A stretch of DNA of 62,483 nucleotides, the filler included, from Bipalium vagum (taxonomy: Eukaryota): the NCBI GenBank assembly GCA_037834085.1. It is 3 parts of 3 records of this genome, joined end to end, with 100 filler letters (N's around TTAATTAATTAA, not from the genome) between each part and the next. Parts side by side here need not be neighbours in the genome. Positions count along the whole stretch, not along the records: positions 19,644 to 44,686 come from JBBMKC010197609.1; positions 44,787 to 62,483 come from JBBMKC010055196.1; 1 more part is not named here. One strand, given 5' to 3'. Below the pieces are notes generated by a model. The model saw only the letters and a program-made list of their open reading frames with translations, had not been told where the DNA came from and did not search any database. How positions within the stretch are numbered: position 1 is the stretch's first letter; each line of letters opens with the position of its first letter. Shown here piece after piece: positions 42,771 through 54,800 of the stretch. Made by a program: the position numbers and the translations under genes.

Positions 42771-43239
42771 ATAAATTTTGAATAATTATTTTCGATTTTC
42801 TGAATCTAACCGCATAATTTTAAACATTTAAATAATGATATTTTTATTAAATTATAGATGAATAATTAATGACTTTTTCCAAGGTGAGGTGAAGATATCA
42901 CTAGATAGATATTTTCTCATTATATAAATCTAAATATTTATTATCATTTACATCTTTTTAACTGGTATTGGTTGAAATAATTTAATTTGTGGAGTTTTAA
43001 ATTAAGATTCCACATTTTGGTCTAAAATGTTGATTATTGTTAAGTATAGAGGAAAGATGAAAACTATGCAAAGCATCTAGAACATGATGTTCATATTATA
43101 AAAAGATCGTTTAATTTTATCTATTATGTTTTAGAAATAAAATACTATGGGAAAATTAGAATATTTTAATTGTTAACAATCAGCATTTAGTTTGAGAAAA
43201 AACATTTATTTTTTAAAAATAAGTCGATAAATTTTAATC

Positions 43240-43485
43240 ATCATTCTAGTTTACTAAAAATATTTAGAATTTTAATTATTGATCCTTCTAGTTCTGGTAA
43301 AACAAAATTATCATGTGTTGCAAGAAAATTACGTTGATTATAATCTCTTTATTATTTTTTCTAAGATTGCTTTGCTTCAATCTAAATTTAAATATATAAA
43401 AGATTGTTTTGATTTTGGTCTAAAAAATTATGTCTTCAGAAAATTATTAGATCTATATTTTATATCTAAAATCTTTATATTATAA
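43240..43485 (+). pseudogene. Second decayed Polinton-type packaging ATPase fragment
   Basis: HSSLLKIFRILIIDPSSSGKTKL (decayed Walker A), then after a frameshift ENYVDYNLFIIFSK..LQSKFKYIKDCFDFGL. Confidence 0.6.
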
Positions 43486-43870
43486 TGATTAATACATTGA
43501 ATTTGCATAAAGATTGCTTGCATTAATATAAAATAAATAATCTTTTTAACTATTTATTATTTTTGGTAATTATAGTTTATCATTTATAGTTTACATTGGT
43601 GTTGGTTAAAGCTGAAAAACGAAATGAAATTACCCTAAGAATCCCTTTTTTTTAAAAATTAGACCATGGAAAATTCAGTATAAAAATATTGTTGTCTAAA
43701 TTAATTCATGAAAGTACTAATGAAAAAACAACAAATGAAATTTTAAATATCCAAGAAAAATTACCAAATCTTTTCCTATCTAAAGTCTCAAATAACAAAC
43801 AACAAATTTTTTAATAAATTTACAACAGGAAAATATACAAGTGAATCACATTTAAAATCTTTAAAACCTT

Positions 43871-44686
43871 TTAAGAAAAAAACTTTAAAAAATTCCTAAT
43901 TATTTGCTCCATTTTAGGCCAAAAATATTTCCGTGATATTCTTGATAAAATTTTTCTAGCTGATAAATGTCCTTCTAACGCTCCATCGTGGTACTGTATC
44001 ATTATTGGTTCTCGATCCTTACTAGGTACTACGTAACATGGGTCTTGATTTTTACTAAAATATAATATGCCTTTCTTTATTTTAAATTTGTCCTTTAACT
44101 TATCCCAATTCTTTTCCCAATCCTCTGGAATATTTCCTTCCATGCACTTCTTTATTAGTTCTATTTCCTCGTCTGCCTTCTGATCGTTTTCTCTTGAGTC
44201 CACCATATTCACAAGTCTGATTGTTGCTAACACCGTCTCATCTTCTTCGCCCAATTGAGCATCTTCTCTGGATAATTCCCCTTGTCTCATCCGGGATAGA
44301 GTATCGGCGTCTGCATTGGCCTTTCCTTTTCGATACCGAATTTTTATATCGCACTCTTGTAATATTAAGGCTCATCGGATGAGTCTACTCGCCGTATCCC
44401 TGTTTTTCAATAGCCATTGTAAAGAACTGTGGTCTGTAAATAAGATAGTTTTCCGTCCCCACAAATAGTGTCTGAACTTCTTCACTGCAAACATTATCGC
44501 CAAGGCTTCTTTCTCGATCGTCGCGTAATTAAGCTCGTGTTTCTTCGATCCTCTAATGGCGTAGGCTATGACATGATCTTTTTCACCTTCTGCCTGTTGC
44601 GCTAGCACGGCTCCAACTGCATAACCACTAGCGTCCGTCATTAGCAGAAAAGGTTTCGTCATGTCTGGATACCGCAATACTGGTTC
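43871..44686 (-). mobile_element. Ty3/Gypsy pol fragment (RNase H and integrase zinc-finger start)
   Basis: PFLLMTDASGYAVGAVLAQ, NYATIEKEALAI, FTDHSSL, RKGKANADAD, YHDGALEGHLS...KYFWPKM; in-frame stop; cut by the gap. Confidence 0.93.
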
Positions 44687-44785
44687 NNNNNNNNNNNNNN
44701 NNNNNNNNNNNNNNNNNNNNNNNNNNNNNNTTAATTAATTAANNNNNNNNNNNNNNNNNNNNNNNNNNNNNNNNNNNNNNNNNNN
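44687..44785. other. ~100-bp scaffold gap with artificial TTAATTAATTAA linker
   Basis: N run + TTAATTAATTAA + N run, same design as 19544-19643. Confidence 0.95.
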
Positions 44786-45815
44786 NTATTTTTTTATTCT
44801 GTCATTTTGTTTTTAAAAACTAGTTTAAGTGTCCGGATATTGATTGGTTCACTATTTAGTTAAAATCTACTAAAATCAAATCTCAAATAACATAACAAAT
44901 ATTGAGAATGATAGAAAATATTTTTATTTATTTATATATATTATTTATATGTAATATAAAAATCTTCTATACAATTGTATGAGAAGCTGTGACTTTAAAA
45001 AACTTTTCGTCATACCAATCTAAAATGGTTTTATTTTTTTCATTTTCCGTTTAACTTTTGTGGAAATATATTTTACCATATTTTTCATCCCAGAGACAAT
45101 ATGATTCAGAATATATTCGTATTAACTTGCTAAATATTATTTTCCTTACTTCCATTAACTAACATAAAAATTAATTTTTTATTAATTTCCAACTTTAGTT
45201 GATGATATATGACATTACTTTTTCCCAAAAGGCCAATTATGATATTTCCTGGAAGAGATTTTTGCGAACGTTAAGATTAATAAATAATAATGGGAAATGA
45301 ACAACAATTATTTGGATACTAAAGTGAGTCCAAAAATTAATTTCGATCTCTATACTTATACATTAATATGAACTCATTTTTTCGATATATATTCACCGAA
45401 GAATCATTTCTCTAACTTTTGAAGAATGACTGTAGCTGAAAAAATAAGTCACAGAAGTCTCAGTTTTATAACTCCTGGAATATTTTCATTTTTGAAGAAT
45501 AATCGAAAAGAATTTATTATGAATAATTTTTATCACACCTCAGACTCAAAAATAATGAGAACTGTAAATGTTGTGTTAAAATAAAAAATTCTCATTACTT
45601 TTGAAACAGAGGTATATAGTGCTAACTTTCGAAACGTTTTAAAAATCATTTCTATAGAAATAAAAACTTGGTAAGTTTAAAATAAATAATATTATCTTTT
45701 TCTGTCAGGAAAACATTCCTTAAGTAATTTTGAAAGAAATTTCTGTGTTTTCGTCAAGTGTACATTATTTGGATAAGTTATAAAAATTATAAGATATCAT
45801 AAAAAAAGATTTTAC

Positions 45816-48800
45816 TTTCAATTTCTCTGAATAAATAAGTGCCTATCAAAGACATTATCAGAACTGCCAATGGCAAGGCAAAATCAGTGAGCATTTCTCT
45901 TTTGGCATTGTTTATAAATGGTCTAAAAATTATTGATTTAATAAAATATCACAACAGTTATCATATTTTATATAAATGTATTATCCCATACAATCTCCAT
46001 TAAATAGTGGACGAAAGATTTCGAGAAATTTATTAATATTTCTTCTTTTGTATTTCTTGACAAATTTGCTGATGAAATTAAGCCAGAATTAAAATTTTAG
46101 TTTATTGAAAAAATTATAAAATTTCCATTTATTTAAAATACTAATTAATTAATAACTTAAATTAAATTAATAAGAATAAAAGCTGAAAAAATCTAATTTA
46201 ATAATAAATCGGCATTTAATCAAAATTTGACACGAAAAGTATCATTTTATAGAGAAGAGTAATATTGATAAATATGATTATGAAATAATTTTTTCTTGTT
46301 CTTCAAAAATATTGTTTTTTTTAATAATTATAATTGATAATAATTAATTTGATCAAAAATTGAAAAAATCAAAGAATAACTGTTACTTTTTTAATTAATT
46401 AATTAAATGTTAAGTAAATGGATCATAGATATTGATAATACAATTGTACAATAAATCGAATTAAAATATGAAAAAGGAATTTTTTTAATCATTGATTAAT
46501 TCCTATTTTAGAAACAAATTTTAAAGTACGTTAGATTGAGAGATAATTTTAATAATTAATTTCGAAAAATATCCAAATTTCCTATCATTCTGAGATCTCT
46601 TCATGCATATTTTTATATTTTCCAAATCTTAAGTTATTCTTCAATTAAAAAATAATATATATAGTAATATAATAATATATTTTATATTCAGGATGATAGA
46701 ATATTAAGTTGACAAAATGAGACATCACACCATTCTAAAAATAGCTTTATATAAAAAAAGTAAAAGTATTCTTAAAGTACATTCTTAAATTTTTCAATAT
46801 AAAATATTTAATATTATTGATTATTTTCTTCATAGATGTCGAAATTCAGATCTGCAATTATATCATTATATCTGGCGGGAAAATGGCAATGTGACATTGC
46901 AAAATCAATTAATGCATCATACCACTTGATATCGAAGACCATTAAATGATTTAAGGAGCTTGAACATGATGGCAATCGCACATCAAGGGAAAGAAAACGA
47001 AAAGTAAACATTACTATGACCCAGGAAATCATCAAAATTCATATATAGAGAAATCCAAGGTTTTCCATGAGAAAATTAGAACGAGACTTGAATTCATACG
47101 TTGTATAGTAAAACAGAAGCTTGGACTCGGGCCATACAAAAACTACAAAGCTCAACTATACAAAATGGATTTCAACTATACTTATGGGTCGTACTGTAGA
47201 TGGACTTATGGAGAAAATATTCTTCTCTGATGAGTAAATTTTTACGATTGAAGAAAGTCATAATCGACAAAATGATAGGATATGGCCTGAAGAATCTCCT
47301 AAGCAGGCTGCCATTATCGAACATACTCAAAATCCAGAATCTATTATGGTCTGGGGGGTATTTGTTCAGCAGACAAAACACCCCTCGTTTTTTTGGAAAA
47401 TGGGATATCAACGGGATATTTTATAATCCATAGTGATGTCATGAGCTCAACAGCATTACGGGAAATAATATTGGATATTCCAACAGGACTCTGCACCGGC
47501 ACATAGAGCTAAGTCAATAAAGCATTTTTGCAAGAAGAATTTCTCGGATTTTATCTTTTCAACTAAATGGCCTCTATACTCCGGGATCTTAACCCCATGG
47601 ATTACGGTGTTTGGTCTATTTTAGAGACATGAACATGTTCTAAGAACCACAGAATTTTAACTTCACTCAAGGCCTTCTTATTGAGAGAATGGAACAAAAT
47701 ATCAACAAAAGAGCTGCGGTGGGTTGTTATGAATTTTCAGAAGTGCTTACAGCCCTGTGTGCATTTCAAAGATGGCCACTTTTAACATTTTTGATTAATA
47801 TTTAAATAAGGACCTTTAATTTTATTTAATCTTTCATTTTCCAAAAATTTTAAATCTTCTTAAAAATATAGCTAATTGTGTTTGTCAACATAATTTTCTG
47901 TCATCCTGTAATAATATAAAAATATATACGCACCGTCAAAAATCCTAGACAGGTTAAATTTATTAATCAAAAATCAACAATTTTACAAAACTTTTTCACA
48001 AGTATTGCTAATAACATGCTTTGAATGTGCATTCATTGACCCTTTTCGGCTTCGACTTAATTTAACACGAACATTCCTCATGAGTTAGTTCATTCCATTG
48101 TTCATTGAATTGTCAAAGTTGTTGTACAATTGCTGGTGGATAGTCATATGTTGAAGACACTCGCCTGTTCAGGATATCTTACACATGTTCTATTAGGTTC
48201 AAATCTGGATATCTTGGAGGTCATGGAAGCATTACAATACCGGCTTTATGGCCTCCTTTTTTCGAGATAATTGCGATATGTGGTCTTGCAATATAGTGCA
48301 TTAGCACCAAGACTAGTTTTTCGTTAAATGTTTCTGCAGATAATGGAACTGGAAAATTCGCTGTAACATGTTTGATTTTTATCGTATTTAATTTATAATA
48401 ATTACCTAACAATCTGTATAGGACAAAACGATTGTTTTTTATTGTTCTGACAAACATGCGATTATCTCTATTCCTTATTAATCACGGTCTACCTAATTTG
48501 GGAAGGTTTTCACATGCATGTGTCTCTTTCCATTTTTTCCAAATACAATGGACGGCACATCTGGATCGTCCAATGTTGTGCTACCTAAACCTGCGACAAA
48601 CCTGCTTATAATAACCCAACAATACGACCTCTCTCAAATTGACATGTTTCGCGTCTGGCGCTCATTGTAAACTTTTAAATTAATTATCATGATGAATTAA
48701 AACACGAAATATATATTTCAAATATATTTGTTATATTCATGTACTTAACAAATATTATTTGAAATCATCATATTTTCTTTAATAAATTTCTTCTGCCTAA

Positions 48801-51800
48801 GACTTTTGACGATGAGTATGTAATATAAAGTATATATATATAGTATTATAGAAGTTAACAGAGATAACTTGATAATGCAACAATTCGTTCATCAAGGTAG
48901 ACCAAAAGTTGTCTTGCTGCAAGTTTAGAAAATTAAACAGATTTTTCTTTCTTTTCTTGAAACTTTTAAAACATTTTTGAAGTTATTGAAAGAATGAAAC
49001 TGCATAAAAATAAATACCGATCACTTTTTTGGAATTTGTGTTACCTAAAATGTCGAAATTTATTAATGAAATTTTGTAAAAAGCATGTGATATTTTTTCC
49101 ATTGCGCCCTGTTCACTCTAAATAAAGAATTTTCATTGAATAAAATATCTTATAAAGTTTCAAATTTTTATCAAATCATGTAATACTACATACCAAACAT
49201 TTGCCATTATCATCTATAGTCTATATCTTACGTTTTAGTTGAGGTGAACAACTGCACGGCAAGCCACACTGTTCCTGCTACGAGAAAAAGGTAAAGGATA
49301 GAAACCTCCCTATGGCATGAATTCGAAGATGATAAAGATAAATTTACAGGCGATTGGGTTTCGCTGGAAACATTTGACAAAATATTTGATGCCATTCTTT
49401 TAATCCGATTGACCCGGTGGTTATCCATTGAATTATTATTAGATGAATAACAAGAAAAATAGTGTTTTGAAAAATCTAAAAAATATAATATAAATAATTT
49501 TTATTGTGATTTCCATAATAGTAAAAATCAGTATATTTTTGTTTAAATTTCAATATGCAAAAATACACTGACGTTTAATATTTATGAAAAAAAAGCTTTT
49601 TTAAAAAAAATTGTAAAATAGTTTTTATATTTCCTCTCGTTATTATGAAGTATTTTTTACCATATATGGAAAAAATATTGTAACTCAAAATAAATGGAAA
49701 AGAAATTAATTGGAAAACATATTTTTTGTAGAATTTATAGACTATTTTCAAGTCACCATCTTTGTTAAAATCTGAAAAACATTTCTAAAAAAATGCTGAT
49801 TGAATGATTAGTGTCTATAATAAAACAACATATTTTTATAATCCAAGTGTAAATCATGTGAAAATGTAATTTTTTTAATATATATTTTAGATATTGCTTC
49901 TCAAGCAATACATATTTTTTCTGTCAGGAAATCTGAATAAATGGGATTCTTTACAATAGAATTTGAGAAGGAAAATGAAAGTACAGAGTAATTTATTTTG
50001 TGATTTTTGATAATCGTTAATTTGAGGTTATTATCGATCATTTCCTCAAAGCTTTCCTTCTGGACCAGAACAATATTATCCACCGTTTTCATTTCAGATT
50101 TCACCGGAACCAAAAAACCAAGATTTCTATAAAACTGGAATTTATGAAATTGAGTCTTAATGACAGATATTGTTAATTGTGCTGGTGATTATTTTCGTCA
50201 TTTAAAATCTATAAAATAAAGTTTTGTGAATATATTCTAGAAATCAGACATTTTATCAGGTGCAACCTAATTATAAAGTTAATGTAATGCACAGGTAATG
50301 ATCTTAAAATGCTTTTAGTGGGTAGCTAAAATATCTTTAGGTTTACTGATCAAAGTCTTGTTCTGACTAAACATTTTTTTTCTTTGATTTTTCTGATACG
50401 AATAAATTTCTGGATTATCTTAAATTTTTTATAAATTCGTTCAAATTCAACATTAATATCAAAGTGAGTAAAAAGAAAATTGCAAATCTTCCTACACTTT
50501 TCGGCCGTATTTTTACCCGTTTTTTGAATTGAAATTGAAAAGCGACTCGCAAAACATATTTTCGATCAATCTAAATAAATTCAAATATTTCTACAACATA
50601 TGTAATTAAAACAAATTTCAATCAATTTATATTTTAATATAACCACGGAATATAATTTTTAATCAATACATCATTTTCAAAAAAAAGAATTCAAATACAC
50701 TTATTTTCTTTGCCGAAATCTCTTTTCACTCGTCTCATAAATTATTTGAGGTAATTAAAAAGTAAAATAAAAAAAAATTAAATTAGGATGAGAGAATGAT
50801 TATATTTCCATTAATGTTTGATATCATATGATAACCAATAATAAAGCTTACTTTCAATTTAACAAGTTATACCATTTCAAAACATTATTTATTCTCCATA
50901 ATTCCTAATCGAGCATCAATTCTCTGTAATGTGTCTCCGACATGATTTTTTAGAGCTTTTAATTCATGTTTTAAAGTCAATAATAATAAATGTTGACTGT
51001 CAACATTTTCTATACATATTTCTGTTTATAACACCAAAAAATTTCGAACACTTATCTCAGGAGTCTGGGAAAATTTTTATTTTTTGCAAGAAAATTATTA
51101 ATATTATTTTTATAAATATAATTTTTTATTATTCATATTCATTTAATTATTGAAAAAATTTCTAATTAAAAATTAAAGTTTTATTATTTATTGTCAAATT
51201 AAAACAAAATTTTTCTACATTTTATATTAATGTTAATTAAAAATTAAAAGATTTTGCATATTTACTTAAAGCAAGATGAAATATTTTATTTAAATATAAT
51301 TACAAACAAAACATTTTTAAAAATCTTTATATATTATTTAATCAAGATTTTTCTTTATAACTGTTTTAATTCTTTCAACTAATTATAGTATTATTAAAAT
51401 AATTAATATTTCAATATATATTTAAAACAACTACAATTAGTTTATTAAACAACATCAAATAATTAAGTAAAATTAATTCAACTATTATAAATATTATTAA
51501 AATTAGGACCACTTAATAAAACGTTTTTATTGGACGAAACCCAAGATATATTTATTATTCTTAATATATTAATATCGAAAATATAAAACTGGAGGGAATA
51601 AATTTCAATATCTAAAAAATTATTAATCAGAAAAGTCCTGCTACAACTGCTGCCATGATAGATCATTTTTAATAAAAGTGCCTTTAGTCAAACGTCATTG
51701 AAAACAATTAATTTCTGAACTATTTTTCCGAAAGTATTGATTTAATTAAAGTTTTTTTAAACAAAAATTTATCATGTTTATTTATTTTTGAATAAAAGGA

Positions 51801-54800
51801 ACTCACACAGTAATAAATATATATAGGAAATATTAATTAAAATATTATGAAATGATAAAGTATTAATTTTCCCCTCGAGTGTTAATAGTCTTCCAAAAAC
51901 CCTACTCGTAATGATGCTGTATTTTAATATCATATATATCTACTATTATTATAACCCGTTTTACCCATATGGTAGCAGCCACAATTGAAAGTGTCTTGTC
52001 TTAATGGTGGGATTTAAATAACTACTGAAGCCATTAGGATCGATATAATCCCATTCCTTGTGTTATAAAACTTGACATTTTAAGATCTGAGACCCCAGGT
52101 GCTATCCTCACCAGATGTGCTTTATATGATTATAACTGTTTTCCGTTCATAACCTACGGTATATAAGAGCAGAGCTTCATGAATTGTAAAAATATCATGT
52201 ATACTTAATGTTGGAACAATCAGCACGTACTTTGGAAATATTATGCTTACTTAAACGAAAGGATGTACAGCTGACCGGGTTAAAAGATTTTGGATAAAAA
52301 GGAACAATCTTTGATTAGATTTTTTTAAGACGGAAAATAACTAATAATACATAAATTTTTCACAATTTTGGTAACACCGAATAAAAATTCGAATATACTT
52401 TAAATATAAAATAAAAAATAATTTTATTGTTCAACAACATTATGGTCCAATAGAAATGAATTATAAAATATATGTTAATTGATTTATAATTTATAATTTA
52501 TTAATTTATATTATTTATCTTTCATTAAAGTATTATACAAAAGTTCTATTTAAAAATTATGCCACCATAAAATATCTTCACTGATCCATTGTTCGTGACC
52601 ATCCTATTATTATTTTTCGATGTTAGATATAAATAACAATATTTTTAAGGTTATGGTTTCAATTATTTATTTTCTCGGATATTTCAATCTCAGTCCAAAG
52701 TGATAAATTAACCTGCAATATAAATTATATATAAATAACTTGAGATTATTTATCTTGAGTCACTTTTATACTTCTGAAGTGAGTTTGTAGTGTACCTTAA
52801 AAGAGACAATTCAGTTCATTTATGAATTTATAATTATAGAACAATAACAGAAATGATTTATGATAATTACCTATATAAAAATTTATAAAAAGAAAATAGT
52901 TTTTAATTAATCTAAATTAAAAATTAATGTAACTAATTATTTAGTAGGATATCTGACACAGAATTTAATATATAACGATCTCTTGGAAAATATGTTTTTG
53001 TTTTACTTTTAACAATTTATTAGGTAACCAAGAAAGTTCGTGCGCATTGTGTATATACATAAAATAACGACATAGAAAATGAATATATAAAGAATTTTAA
53101 ATAAAGGTATTATTTCTTAAAGACATTTTATATTGCATTATTATAGATTTTGTTTAAATCTATCAATTTCTATATATCTGTGATTGGTTTTTAAAATAAA
53201 GAAATGTCGATTGATTCTAAAATTGTCAGATCATGTATGTTCTACGAGTACAAATTGAGGTCATATTATTCATAAAAGTGTAATTTAAAAATATTGATTA
53301 ATTTTGTTCATTTTACTTTAAATATTACAGTTCCAAAATAAGTGATTAACGATTTAATAAATAAATAATTATTAAAAGATGATTTTTTATTATACATTTT
53401 CCAAAAAATTAAAAAAAAAGAATTTCAATTTAAAAATTTTTTGTGATCTTTCCAATATAACAAGTTTAAACTTTCAAGTATTTGTTTTAATTGTCCTAAA
53501 TAAATTAAACCCCCAAAATGATCATAATTTTAAAATTATCAAAAAAGCCACATAAAATTTTCGCCAGAATAAAACAAACAAATTCAGCATCAATTATGCA
53601 TGCATAAAATGAAAAGATCCCATAAATTTAATGTTTAATATGGGAAGATGAATTTAGACCCAAAATTTCCCTAATGTATAATATGTTTTTAGTAATAAAA
53701 ATAAAACTCTGCACGAGCGGAAATCAGATATCTCTAGAAATAATGGAATACGTTTTGAATTTTTCGAAAAGAAAATTTTTTAAATTGAGAACAATATTTT
53801 GTTAAAAATCCTGAAAGATAATAATATCACTGAAATGATTTTTATGATTGCAAAATAAAAAATAATTGTCGACGACTTTTTGAAAAAAATAAGTCAAAGA
53901 GAAAACAATAATCAAAAGAGACAGATACTTTTTTTCATTACACATTTAATAATTTTACAAATCATTTCAAAGAATTCCCCCTAATAATTCTTTAATTATA
54001 TTTCAATATATATTACTTGAGGAATCTTTCCTGGGCTTATGTCAGGAAATTTTATTGTGATATATGATTGCATGCTACTCTGGATTTGAGAATAGATTGT
54101 CTTTTAATCATTCAGCTTGAAATCTCAATCTGATTTATCATTTACGTTATCTGTATGCGTAAAATTCTGACATTNNNNNNNNNNNNNNNNNNNNNNNNNN
54201 NNNNNNNNNNNNNNNNNNNNNNNNNNNNNNNNNNNNNNNNNNNNNNNNNNNNNNNNNNNNNNNNNNNNNNNNNNNNNNNNNNNNNNNNNNNNNNNNNNNN
54301 NNNNNNNNNNNNNNNTTTAAAAATATCTAAAAAGTAACAATGAAAATTTAAAAATAAACTTATTTGGATCATCTTTTTTTTTGAAATACTTGATACGATT
54401 GACCGGTCAAAAAACAGATTTGAAACGAATCACAAAAAATAACAAAAGTAAATAATTTTCTTTTTACAAATTTATTAAATAAAATTGAATCGCAGTTTCT
54501 CGATTAATTATTTTAATGCCACATTCATTCATTTAGATATAATTTCAACAGATCACCATAGTTTTCCCCAAATCGATTTATTTTGCGTGTGAGCATCAGT
54601 CTCCATATCAACAAAATTCATCTTGTGGTTGACAGTTCGATGAACATAAATTTCATCTTTAAACAGTTAAGAACATGGGTTCTCCAAATTTTTATTGGAT
54701 TTTCAAGAAAAAATCTCTCATTTCTTCCGCATTTCTGCATAGAAATTAACGAAAGATTTTGAAATACTCGTGTCTTCAGGAATTGACTATTATGATCTGC

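Noticed and set aside
49228-49428. 66-aa ORF initially read as a small secreted peptide precursor (RIKR site)
   Set aside because: It is an internal exon of the SLC4A11-like gene, in frame with its neighbours.
49890-50530. 70-aa minus ORF in a slightly GC-richer patch
   Set aside because: Does not fit the SLC4 exon chain; faint Tc1-like debris, too weak to call.
51950-52285. Possible piggyBac-like MITE (AACCCG...CGGGTTAA)
   Set aside because: Terminal match is only ~6 bp and the left TTAA is imperfect.
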